Of a stretch of 64,000 nt of DNA, positions 55,467-64,000 are shown piece after piece. Below the pieces are notes generated by a model that saw only the letters and a list, made by a program, of their open reading frames with translations, did not search any database and was not told where the DNA came from. Within the stretch, counting starts at the first letter, position 1, and the number at the start of each line of letters is the position of its first letter. Source of the stretch: Alphaproteobacteria bacterium (GTDB lineage: Bacteria > Pseudomonadota > Alphaproteobacteria > Rickettsiales > SXRF01); the NCBI GenBank assembly GCA_033763775.1, contig JANRJW010000003.1:40753-104752 (forward strand), given 5' to 3'. The position numbers and the translations under genes were made by a program.

Positions 55467-56020
55467 TTAGGGCTGGCCACCAGCGTGACGTTAATAGCAA
55501 TTTCCTTGCTCACCCATTCGGCTTTGGCATCAGATTTCAGGCCGATATCATGCGCGAGGCGGTCGAGCGTGAGCGTGAAACTGGTTTTAACCGGCGGGCT
55601 AGCGAGATTGCTCAAGGCAAAATCAAACGCGACCGGAACGGACTTGCCACGAATGGTGAGCTGACCCTTGGCGCTGTAGCTACCATCTACTTTTTTGCTG
55701 ATGGATTCGCTGGCAAACGTCGCCTGCGGGTGGTTTTTCACATCAAACCAATCGGCGGTGGGCAGCGTGCCATCATACATCGCGTCGCCGGTTTTCGCGC
55801 TGGCGGTGTCGATCGTCACTTTTACACTGCTGGCCGCAAGGTTTGCATCATCAAACTGGATGGCGGCGTCCCATGTGCCAAAGCTGCCCTTGAAAGGCTT
55901 GCCGGCATGGGTGCCGGAAAATTCGATGGAGCTTGCGGCTTTATCCACCACATACTCGGCGGCAAAAGCGGAGGTGAAGGATGCAAAAAATACCGCAAGT
56001 GAAATAACAATTTTTTTCAT
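55463..56020 (-). CDS. YceI-family periplasmic protein
   Basis: Signal peptide, then YVVDKAASSIEFSGTHAGKPFKGSF and LTIRGKSVPV blocks. Confidence 0.85.
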   Translation of the reverse strand: MKKIVISLAVFFASFTSAFAAEYVVDKAASSIEFSGTHAGKPFKGSFGTWDAAIQFDDANLAASSVKVTIDTASAKTGDAMYDGTLPTADWFDVKNHPQATFASESISKKVDGSYSAKGQLTIRGKSVPVAFDFALSNLASPPVKTSFTLTLDRLAHDIGLKSDAKAEWVSKEIAINVTLVASPK

Positions 56021-56577
56021 AGTTTCTCCTTTAATTTCCCAATGCCCATGCGCGGCAGCAGGTTTTCTTTTTCCACCAACGCATGTTTGATCACCGCTGC
56101 GATATGCATCGCGATCAGCGCGATGAAACTATAGGCCAGCAGCGCGTGGGTTTCTTCAGCCAATTCTTCAATTGCCTCATTCGCGGCAATACCGGGAATA
56201 TGCGGCCATTCAAACCAGCCAAAGACAATCGTTGGAAGCCCGTAGGGGCTGGCGGAAACCATCACCCACCCAGCAATCGGCAGCGCCAGCATCCAGCCAT
56301 AAAACGCCCAGTGGCCAGCCTTAGCCGCTTTTTTCTCCAGTGGTTTCATCGAGTCCGGCAGTGGCGGCTGTTTGGTTGCCAGTTTAAGCGAGAGCCTGAG
56401 GAATGCTGCCATCAGCAGCAACACGCCAAGCGATTTGTGCCATTGGAACATCTGGAACTTGAGGCTCTGATCCAGCTCCAGATGCACCATAGCAAGACCA
56501 CTGCCCAGCATGGCGAAAAACGCCACCGCCATCACCCAGTGCAGGGTGATGGCAAGGCCGTGATAGCGGCGCGGCAT
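56017..56577 (-). CDS. Cytochrome b561 family protein
   Basis: 4-TM protein with ITLHWVMAV and WHKSLGVLLL His ligands. It is flanked by yceI genes, as in the yceJ-yceI arrangement. Confidence 0.85.
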   Translation of the reverse strand: MPRRYHGLAITLHWVMAVAFFAMLGSGLAMVHLELDQSLKFQMFQWHKSLGVLLLMAAFLRLSLKLATKQPPLPDSMKPLEKKAAKAGHWAFYGWMLALPIAGWVMVSASPYGLPTIVFGWFEWPHIPGIAANEAIEELAEETHALLAYSFIALIAMHIAAVIKHALVEKENLLPRMGIGKLKEKL

Positions 56578-56579
56578 GG

Positions 56580-57200
56580 TTAGGCGGCCTTGTGGAATTC
56601 CACCTCGATCAGCACTTCCACCTCGTCGCCGATATTCGGCACATAGGTGCCAAAGCCCCAGTCCGAACGTTTGAGTTTGGTGGTGGCGGAAAAGCCAAGG
56701 CCGGGCACATCAGCAAAGGGCTTTTTGAGGTAAGCACCGTTGAATTTCACATCCAGCACCAGTGGCTTGGTCACGCCGAGCATGGTCAGGTTGCCATGCA
56801 CCTTACCCGTGTTCTCGCCGGTTTTTTCCACTTTGGTGGATTCGAATTTAATCTCGGGAAACTTGCCGGCATTGAACCACTCTGCATCACTCGCCAGTTT
56901 TTTATCAAAATCCTTCTCGGCGGCGTTTGGATAGTCGGTGCGGATTGAGGTGGGATCAACCGTGGCGACCAGCTTGCTTTTGGTAGGATCCTTAGCATCA
57001 AACTCCAGCGTCGCATCCATTTTAGCAAAACGCGCCGTGTAGTTGGAAAGGCCAAGGTGGCTGACTTTCCATGTCACGCTGGCGTGGCTTTTATCCAGCT
57101 CATATTTGCCAGACGGCATCTCGACCAGCGGCGTCATTTGTGCGTAAGCAGCTACTGGTGCTAATGCCATCATAGCTGCGGTCATAAGTGATTTTATCAT
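56580..57200 (-). CDS. YceI-family periplasmic protein (second copy)
   Basis: Signal peptide, then YELDKSHASVTWKVSHLGLSNYTARF and LTMLGVTKPL blocks. Confidence 0.85.
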   Translation of the reverse strand: MIKSLMTAAMMALAPVAAYAQMTPLVEMPSGKYELDKSHASVTWKVSHLGLSNYTARFAKMDATLEFDAKDPTKSKLVATVDPTSIRTDYPNAAEKDFDKKLASDAEWFNAGKFPEIKFESTKVEKTGENTGKVHGNLTMLGVTKPLVLDVKFNGAYLKKPFADVPGLGFSATTKLKRSDWGFGTYVPNIGDEVEVLIEVEFHKAA

Positions 57201-57215
57201 CGTATTTCTCCCTGT

Positions 57216-57929
57216 TTAATGTTGATTTACACCTGGCACATCAATCACCAGAATTTCGCTATCCGTGATAGCACGAATGGTGATCGAAGTGCTACCAGTA
57301 ACTTCCGCGCCATCGCCCTGCTTGATAACGGTGCCATCAATCTCCAGCTCACCTTTTGAAGCAAGAATATAGGCCTGATGCTTGAGCGACTGGGTGATGA
57401 CAGTGCCAGACTTGAGGTTACCGCCATAGATGGCGCTGTCGGTGTGAATATAGAGCGCGCCACTTTCTTTATGCTCACTCCTGCCAGAGGCCAGCACCGC
57501 AAGCTGGCTGCCCACCGGCTCTTTGGGAAATTGCCTTGCTTCCCAGCGCGGCGCTACGTTTTGCTGGTTTGGCTCAATCCATATCTGGTAAAGCCGCGTA
57601 TCAACCGGCTCAAGATTCATTTCCGAATGCGCCACACCAGTGCCGGCACTCATCACCTGCACATCGCCCGCCTCCGTGCGCCCGATATTGCCCATGCTAT
57701 CTTTATGGGTGATTGCGCCTTCGCGCACATAGGTGATGATCTCCATATTATCATGCGGGTGGGTGCCAAAGCCGCGGCCAGCCGCAACCTTATCGTCATT
57801 AATCACCAGCAGGTCGCCAAAACCACGCCGCTTGGGGTTGTAATACATAGCAAAGCTGAAATGATGGCGAGCGTCCAGCCAGCCATGGTTTGCGTGACCA
57901 AGGGTCTCGTAGGGATAAACGGTAATCAT
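57216..57929 (-). CDS. Pirin-family protein (237 aa, YhaK-like short form)
   Basis: HANHGWLDARHHFSF and GFGTHPHDNMEIITYV cupin blocks. Confidence 0.9.
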   Translation of the reverse strand: MITVYPYETLGHANHGWLDARHHFSFAMYYNPKRRGFGDLLVINDDKVAAGRGFGTHPHDNMEIITYVREGAITHKDSMGNIGRTEAGDVQVMSAGTGVAHSEMNLEPVDTRLYQIWIEPNQQNVAPRWEARQFPKEPVGSQLAVLASGRSEHKESGALYIHTDSAIYGGNLKSGTVITQSLKHQAYILASKGELEIDGTVIKQGDGAEVTGSTSITIRAITDSEILVIDVPGVNQH

Positions 57930-57984
57930 AGAAAGTCTCTAGCAGCCGGGATGTTAATCGGCGCAATACACTATCTAAGGCGTT

Positions 57985-58638
57985 TTAGCGCCGCTTCAAG
58001 CCCTCAACAACCAGCTGGATTTCGTTGCGGCGGTTCCATGGAAAGGTGAATGGATCGTCATAATAAGCGATCACCGGCTCGCCCGCCACTTTCAGCCCAC
58101 GCGCCTCCACCCACTGCTTCAGCTTGGCTGTCTCAGCAGCAACGGCACTGTCGTTCGTGAAACCGGAAAACATCACCACGGCCTTTTTCACAGCTTTAGT
58201 TTGAAAGAAACGAATGCGATCATCCTTGGCTTTTGGCAGTGTCTTGAGAGTATATTGCGACGGCATCATGAACTGTACCAGCCACGTCTCGCCGTCCTTC
58301 GCCTGCGTGACCGGCGAAGTCATGGCGATGGTGGTTTTTACCTGCGTCACTGGCGAGGTCATCGCCACCTTGGCAGCAGGTTCGTTTTTGCCAAAAATAT
58401 AGGCGGCTAAAATGCGAAAGCCATCACTCACCGCCTCGCCGCGATCCCCCTGTGTGCGCACCTCAGCCATCAGCGCCGGCGCATACTCACGAATTTCAAA
58501 CGCGCCATCACGCTCAGAAACTTTATAATTTGGTGTTTCATAGCCACGGTAAGTGCCCGGTGCGTGCTCAGTGCTGCTACAGGCACTCAGCAATGTCAGC
58601 ATCCCCATCATCACCCCCGAAATTACCAAACGATTCAT
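57985..58638 (-). CDS. SOUL/HEBP heme-binding family protein, lipoprotein-like signal
   Basis: YETPNYKVSERDGAFEIREY and the duplicated AMTSPVTQ motif typical of SOUL proteins. The signal peptide ends LLSAC. Confidence 0.8.
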   Translation of the reverse strand: MNRLVISGVMMGMLTLLSACSSTEHAPGTYRGYETPNYKVSERDGAFEIREYAPALMAEVRTQGDRGEAVSDGFRILAAYIFGKNEPAAKVAMTSPVTQVKTTIAMTSPVTQAKDGETWLVQFMMPSQYTLKTLPKAKDDRIRFFQTKAVKKAVVMFSGFTNDSAVAAETAKLKQWVEARGLKVAGEPVIAYYDDPFTFPWNRRNEIQLVVEGLKRR

Positions 58639-59072
58639 AGGCCACCTCCATCATCCAGCTCTTCCATAATCTGATGACGCCAGCGCTGAACCAGCCACAC
58701 CGATTGCACGATGTTAATCCCCTGACAGCACAGCGCAAGCAATATAAATGATAACGTCAGCGGATGAGACTGCATAAACCAGAAATAGAGAGCGCCGAGA
58801 ATGCACAGCCAGTCCGCCGCAATTTCGCGCAGGTAATAAAGCCCCCACTGGCGCACGAACCAGCGCCGCGTCGATGGCGACAGCGCATAACGATAGTCTG
58901 GCTCGTGCTTACCAAACATTACATCCAGCAGATGACGATCCATGATGCAGGTGAGCTGGCGCAGTGAAATAATGTGTGGCCGCCCGCCCATAATGTCGCG
59001 CCAGCAGTAAATATAGGATGCCAGCGAGAGTGCCGAAACCAGCAGCAGCACCAGCAGCAGAAGTGCGCTCAT
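58635..59072 (-). CDS. Hypothetical membrane protein (145 aa)
   Basis: Three hydrophobic segments. It overlaps both neighbours by 4 nt. No family recognised. Confidence 0.5.
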   Translation of the reverse strand: MSALLLLVLLLVSALSLASYIYCWRDIMGGRPHIISLRQLTCIMDRHLLDVMFGKHEPDYRYALSPSTRRWFVRQWGLYYLREIAADWLCILGALYFWFMQSHPLTLSFILLALCCQGINIVQSVWLVQRWRHQIMEELDDGGGL

Positions 59073-59509
59073 CGCTTCGCTCCATACAGCGCATCAGCGC
59101 GGGTGCTGAACGCAGCGACCATCTTGGCAGTGGCGCGGCTGAATAACGCGCCGATCAATGTTTCCAGCAGCCGGCTGCGAAACTCAAACTCAAGCGAAAA
59201 ATCAATCTGCGTACCGCCTTCAGCTTTCGGCGTAAAACGCCAGTGATTGCTGAGTTTTTTAAACGGCCCGCGCACCAGCGACACATCAATCGCGCTGTGC
59301 GGCGTCAGCGTCACGCGCGAAACATAGCTCTCGGAGATATTCGCAAAGCTGATCATCAGCTCACCGAGAAACTGACCTTCGCCGCGCTCGAGTATGCGCG
59401 CCGCACGGCACCACGGAATAAATTCAGGATAGCGCTCCACATCCGATACCAGCGCAAAAAGCTGCTCCGGCGTGTAGGGCGAATGCTGTGTCTCGCGGTG
59501 AGAATGCAT
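59069..59509 (-). CDS. SRPBCC protein, RatA/COQ10-like (polyketide cyclase/dehydrase fold)
   Basis: YTPEQLFALVSDVERYPEFIPWC block. It holds the conserved position downstream of lipA in alphaproteobacteria. Confidence 0.8.
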   Translation of the reverse strand: MHSHRETQHSPYTPEQLFALVSDVERYPEFIPWCRAARILERGEGQFLGELMISFANISESYVSRVTLTPHSAIDVSLVRGPFKKLSNHWRFTPKAEGGTQIDFSLEFEFRSRLLETLIGALFSRATAKMVAAFSTRADALYGAKR

Positions 59510-59515
59510 CGGCCG

Positions 59516-60451
59516 TCAGGAAGCTGTGCTTTCAGCGGCCAGCCGCGCATCGCGCGCTTTTTTCATCTCGGCGAAGTCTTCGCCAGCATGATAGCTGGAA
59601 CGAGTCAGCGGCGAGCTTGCCACCATCAGGAAACCCTTAGCCTTGGCTTGGCGCTTGTAATATTCAAACTCATCCGGCGTGACAAACCGATCCACCGGCG
59701 CATGCGCTGGCGTGGGCTGCAGATATTGGCCAATGGTCATGAAGTCCACATCTGCGGCGCGCAAATCATCCATCACCTGCAGCACCTCGTCTTTTTCCTC
59801 ACCGAGGCCAACCATGATGCCGGACTTGGTGAAAATCGATGGATCAATTTCCTTCACTCTTTTGAGCAGATGCAGTGAGTTGAAATAGCGCGCACCCGGG
59901 CGAATGGTTTTATAAAGACGCGGCACCGTTTCGATATTGTGGTTATACACATCCGGCTTCGCCGCAACGACGATGGGGATGCCATGCTCCTTGCGCAGAA
60001 AATCAGGGGTTAGAATTTCAATCGTGGTGGCGGGAGCGCGCCTTCTCAGCGCGGCAATACACTCAGCAAAATGTGCCGCGCCGCCATCCGCGAGGTCATC
60101 ACGATCCACCGACGTAATCACCACATGTTTGAGAGCAAGTTTGGCGACTGCTTCGGCAAGATTTTCCGGCTCGTGCGGGTTCAGCGCGCCGGGCACGCCG
60201 GTTTTTACATTACAAAACGCACACGCACGCGTACAGGTATCGCCCATGATCATCACGGTGGCGTGCTTCTGGCTCCAGCACTCGCCAATATTCGGGCAGG
60301 CCGCCTCTTCACACACCGTGTTGAGCTTTAGTTTGTGAATCACATCACGCGTGGCCTGATATTCGCGGGAAGTGGGCGCTTTCACGCGTATCCAATCCGG
60401 TTTAGGCACGCGCTTATCGTTTTTTTCCAGTAAGTTGTGGAGTTCCGCCAT
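59516..60451 (-). CDS. lipA: Lipoyl synthase
   Basis: Radical-SAM [10 protein letters not shown] plus the N-terminal [12 protein letters not shown] cluster. Confidence 0.95.
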   Translation of the reverse strand: MAELHNLLEKNDKRVPKPDWIRVKAPTSREYQATRDVIHKLKLNTVCEEAACPNIGECWSQKHATVMIMGDTCTRACAFCNVKTGVPGALNPHEPENLAEAVAKLALKHVVITSVDRDDLADGGAAHFAECIAALRRRAPATTIEILTPDFLRKEHGIPIVVAAKPDVYNHNIETVPRLYKTIRPGARYFNSLHLLKRVKEIDPSIFTKSGIMVGLGEEKDEVLQVMDDLRAADVDFMTIGQYLQPTPAHAPVDRFVTPDEFEYYKRQAKAKGFLMVASSPLTRSSYHAGEDFAEMKKARDARLAAESTAS

Positions 60452-60576
60452 GGTGGGGCCTTACAAATCAGGGGTGACGTTGCGAGAAGCGAGAGTATAC
60501 AAGGCACTTTTTACTTGTCACGAGCAAAAAAACACACTAAAAGCCAGCCTCCCCAACTTATCTGGAGTTTGCGTTC

Positions 60577-60981
60577 ATGGCACGCGTCACCGTCGAAGAC
60601 TGCATTTTAAACGTTCCCAACCGCTTTGAGCTGGTGCTTCTGGCCGCTCAGCGCGCCAAGCAGATTACTTCCGGTGGCCCTCTGACCATTGATCGCGATA
60701 ACGATAAGGACGGCGTTGTGTCCTTGCGCGAAATTGCTGACAAAACCGTGAGCCTCGAAGGCCTCGAAGAAACGCTTATTCAGAGCTTCTTCAAAAAACC
60801 TGTGGCAGATATTGCCGATAAAAAACTCCTCACCAAAGGCGAAGAAATTTCTTCAGAAATTGAAGAAGCTTTCAAGGATGCCGCGCAGAACATCACGGTG
60901 AAAACCGAGGGCGCGGAAGAAGATGTTGAAATGCCGGAAGGCATGTCGTTTGGTGACGACAACGTCGATAGCGACGATTAG
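60577..60981 (+). CDS. rpoZ: DNA-directed RNA polymerase subunit omega
   Basis: [30 protein letters not shown], followed by an acidic C-terminal tail. Confidence 0.9.
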   Translation: MARVTVEDCILNVPNRFELVLLAAQRAKQITSGGPLTIDRDNDKDGVVSLREIADKTVSLEGLEETLIQSFFKKPVADIADKKLLTKGEEISSEIEEAFKDAAQNITVKTEGAEEDVEMPEGMSFGDDNVDSDD

Positions 60982-61001
60982 CCAGGCAGCGCCCTAACGC
61001 G

Positions 61002-61583
61002 CTACTTAGTTACTTTTGCCACGTTGTTTTGACTGAATTGATTAAGCTTTTCAGTTATTGCACTGTTTTTACTGTTAGTATTGATATTTCCGATGGGTAA
61101 AGAAGCTTTTGCCACAAGCTTTTCTATGTTTAGAGAAGTTTCGTCTGCAGTGATTTGTGCTGTTGCAGCCAATGCAGTGGCAGCGATCGCAGCAATATCG
61201 TGCTGATGATTGATATTTGTTAAAGAAGCATCAATGCCATCAAGCTGCAGGATGTTAACAGCTGCCTCTGCCGGTAGATTAACACCTGCAAGACTGACTA
61301 TTTCAGGAACATCACTCGATTTTGTATCAAATTTTGTATCCACCGGCACAGCAGCCAGTTGCGCAAGCGACAAATCAGAAACTTTCACAACTTCGGCGAC
61401 CCCTGTCGATTTAATGGTTGAAAGCGGAAGTTTCTCAATCGCCTCACGGCTCACGGCCGCTGGAATCGTATCGGTATAATCAACACTGGCGGGTGCACTG
61501 ATTATCAGCTCCGCGTAAGATGGCGCTGAAAAGCTCAGTAAAGCGATAAATACAATAGGCTGTATCTTATTAATATTTCTCAT
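61002..61583 (-). CDS. Secreted hypothetical protein (193 aa) in an AT-rich segment
   Basis: Signal peptide IVFIALLSFSAPSYA. The product is Ala/Thr/Asn-rich with no family recognised. Composition is visibly AT-richer than the flanks. Confidence 0.5.
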   Translation of the reverse strand: MRNINKIQPIVFIALLSFSAPSYAELIISAPASVDYTDTIPAAVSREAIEKLPLSTIKSTGVAEVVKVSDLSLAQLAAVPVDTKFDTKSSDVPEIVSLAGVNLPAEAAVNILQLDGIDASLTNINHQHDIAAIAATALAATAQITADETSLNIEKLVAKASLPIGNINTNSKNSAITEKLNQFSQNNVAKVTK

Positions 61584-61753
61584 AAAACCGCCCCTAACAA
61601 GGGATTATGCAGCCACCCAATTAACTATTTAGAGGTGATTTGCGTATGCTTATACTAAAATATATATCAAATTTTAGTTAATTTATGATTAATTTTAGCA
61701 CGCTGATTATGAATATTTGGTTACAGTTTGTGGCTGATAAGAGTCTATCCGTG

Positions 61754-64000
61754 CTAATCCTGCCTGTCATCGCCATCATTAACAGACTTAATCGGCAGCG
61801 TGAAAGTAAAGACGGCGCCGCCTTCCTGCGCGTTCTGCGCCCAGATTTTACCGCCATGTGCCACGATAATGCCGCGGCAAATAGCGAGCCCCAGCCCGCC
61901 AGCTTTGTTGTCACGATGATTGCCGATATAAAACTTATCAAAAATACGCTCTTCCTGACCTTTAGGCACACCCGGCCCATTGTCGGACACCATCACGCGG
62001 ATATCCGGCTTATCCATCTGCGCAGAAATGGTGATGGTCGAACCAGTGGGAGTGTATTCAGCGGCATTTTCAAACAGATTAATCAGCACCTGTTCGATCA
62101 GCAAACCATCCATGCGAAGCAGTGGCAGGCCATGCTCAATATCGGTCACCACGCGGTGGGTTTTGAGCTTGCTCTCCACTCGCATAAGTGCCGAACCGAT
62201 CAGCTCCTCAATGAAATAAAGCTCCTTATTGAGTTTCACCGCGCCAGACTCAAGGCTGGAAACATCAAGCAGGTTGGTCACCATTTTGGCAAGACGAGCA
62301 CCTTCCTCGTGAATGGAACGCAGCAGCTCTCTGCGATATTCCTGCGTGATAGTCTCATATTCAATCAGCAACGTGCTGGCCGCGCCAGTAATGGCCGCCA
62401 GCGGCGTGCGCAGATCATGCGATACGGAGGACAGCAGAATATTACGCAGCTTTTCGCTTTCGGCTTCCACCAGCGTTTTTTCCACCATTTCCGCCGCGCC
62501 CGCGCGCTCCAGCGCCGATGCTGTAATGGAAGCAAACGCCTCCAGCAGATCCACCACATCAGCACTGAATGAGGTTTTATCTTCATCATGCGGCACCACT
62601 CCCATGACTCCCACCACGCCATTGGAACCCACCAGCGGTACATAAAGCGCCTTAGCGCTGGGGAGCGTATCCGTACCAAGGCCAGCGTTCTGCTTATGAG
62701 TGTAACTCCAGGCGGCAACGCTTTCCTCGCGCACCGGATCAAGCCCCTCATCCTCCGCTTCCATCTGCGCCACTACCGTCTGTAATATGCCTTTTTCATT
62801 GGGTATCCAGATATACACGTCGCCATCCACCATTTCGGCAATGTGCTGCGAAGCAATCTGTGCCAGCTGCACCTTGCCGCGATTTGCTGATAGTTCGCGG
62901 CTCATGGCATAAAGCGTGGCGATATTTTTTTCGCGCCGTCTGGCATTGAGCGCCTGAAGTCTCAGCCTTGCTGTCTGCGTGCCGATCACCAGCCCGGTGA
63001 CAAGCGTCACAAAAAACGTCACCAGATGGCGCTCGCCGGAGATTTTCAGCGAATAGTAAGGTTCCATGAAAAAGAAATTAAATCCCAGCGTCGAAAGAAT
63101 CGTGGCAAGGATGGACGGACCACGCCCAAAGCGCAGCGCCACGGCCACAATGCCAATCAGATACAGCAGAACCAGATTGACGGGATCCACCACATTGCGC
63201 AGCGGAAACAGCAATAACGTGAAACACATCGCCATCAGCGGTGCAGCAAGATAGGCCTGCCATGACGCCTGCATCCACCACCATGCATTGCTGTAGGAAC
63301 GCCGATCTTCCTTATCGCCGGTAATGACATACACATCAATCTCGCCGCTGCGGCGCATGATGTCGTCGGCAAGCGTGCCGGTTAATATCTCCTGCCAGCG
63401 TGGGCGCGGTTTTTTGCCCACAATAATTTTGGTCATATTGTTGGCACGAGCATAAGTGATAATTTCTTCCGCCGCCTGCGCGCCTTTGACCACCTCAGTA
63501 TCCGCGCCCATACGCACCGCCAGCCGCAAGGTGCGATCCAGCTGCTCCTGACCTTCCTTGCTGAGCATGTGGTGGCGGTCATTTTCAACATAAATCGCTG
63601 TCCACGGCGCCTTCAGCCCGCTCGCCATGCGCTTGGCAGCACGCACCAGCTTGCCCGAGAGCGCATCCGGCCCGATACAGACCAAAATGCGATCCGCGCC
63701 GCTCCATGCCTTCGTCATGCCGCCTTGCGACTTATAGTCGTCCATCTGCGCATCCACGCGCTCGGCAGTGCGACGCAGCGCCAGCTCGCGCAGCGCAATC
63801 AGATTGCTCTTTTTGAAAAAGTTCTGCGCGGCTCGTTTTTTGGCTTCCGGCGCAATATAGACCTTGCCCTCTTTCAGGCGCTTGAGCAGATCCTCGGTGG
63901 GAATATCAACCAGCGAGATTTCATCCGCCTTGTCAAACACCGCGTCCGGCACGGTTTCCTTCACCCAGATGCCGGTGATACGCGCCACCACATCATTCAA
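61754..64000 (-). CDS. kdpD: Sensor histidine kinase KdpD, 5' end beyond window
   Basis: The end of the KdpD N-terminal domain and a Usp-like region (RILVCIGPDALS) are present. They are followed by a 4-TM block, a GAF-like region, the HisKA block LSSVSHDLRTPL, and the HATPase block DNGPGVP...GGLGLAICRGI. Confidence 0.9.
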   Translation of the reverse strand: MNDVVARITGIWVKETVPDAVFDKADEISLVDIPTEDLLKRLKEGKVYIAPEAKKRAAQNFFKKSNLIALRELALRRTAERVDAQMDDYKSQGGMTKAWSGADRILVCIGPDALSGKLVRAAKRMASGLKAPWTAIYVENDRHHMLSKEGQEQLDRTLRLAVRMGADTEVVKGAQAAEEIITYARANNMTKIIVGKKPRPRWQEILTGTLADDIMRRSGEIDVYVITGDKEDRRSYSNAWWWMQASWQAYLAAPLMAMCFTLLLFPLRNVVDPVNLVLLYLIGIVAVALRFGRGPSILATILSTLGFNFFFMEPYYSLKISGERHLVTFFVTLVTGLVIGTQTARLRLQALNARRREKNIATLYAMSRELSANRGKVQLAQIASQHIAEMVDGDVYIWIPNEKGILQTVVAQMEAEDEGLDPVREESVAAWSYTHKQNAGLGTDTLPSAKALYVPLVGSNGVVGVMGVVPHDEDKTSFSADVVDLLEAFASITASALERAGAAEMVEKTLVEAESEKLRNILLSSVSHDLRTPLAAITGAASTLLIEYETITQEYRRELLRSIHEEGARLAKMVTNLLDVSSLESGAVKLNKELYFIEELIGSALMRVESKLKTHRVVTDIEHGLPLLRMDGLLIEQVLINLFENAAEYTPTGSTITISAQMDKPDIRVMVSDNGPGVPKGQEERIFDKFYIGNHRDNKAGGLGLAICRGIIVAHGGKIWAQNAQEGGAVFTFTLPIKSVNDGDDRQD

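Noticed and set aside
61685-62572. 295-aa plus-strand ORF
   Set aside because: It is antisense to the kdpD kinase core and has no recognisable domain.

Overview
Chromosomal segment with alphaproteobacterial-type gene content and order: RNase E, a split F0 operon atpI-B-E-b'-b, metXW, ETF-QO, lipA next to a COQ10/RatA-like gene, and rpoZ. I support about 65 protein genes, 2 tRNAs (Arg-ACG, Ser-GGA) and one nonsense-interrupted gene. I saw no rRNA, CRISPR array, transposase or integrase. Most of the window is housekeeping, and the long ORFs antisense to real genes in this GC-rich DNA are shadows. The loci worth a second look, best candidates first: (1) 47123..50452 encodes an ~1100-aa protein that keeps the order and spacing of essentially every phosphoenolpyruvate carboxylase signature block, but with substitutions in the Gly-rich catalytic loop. 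It is either a neofunctionalised enzyme or a pseudo-enzyme. (2) A minus-strand string asmA -> degenerate EAL-domain protein -> prepilin-peptidase homologue with no Asp where the GxGD catalytic motif belongs (27561..32386). (3) A beta-barrel gene overlapping a processive GT2 synthase whose N-terminus carries a near-textbook tandem MshEN c-di-GMP-binding motif (17744..20406). (4) An orphan 776-aa giant flagellin with no flagellar neighbours. (5) An AT-rich islet next to tRNA-Ser carrying a DpnA-like adenine methyltransferase plus a single-domain MutH-like nuclease. (6) rarA interrupted by one in-frame TAG. (7) exbB-exbD-exbD-tonB translationally coupled to the dTDP-rhamnose operon and a GT2-SDR fusion. 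(8) A pirin-YceI-cyt b561-YceI-pirin operon. All family calls come from motif recognition by eye and from remembered reference sequences. No searches were run.
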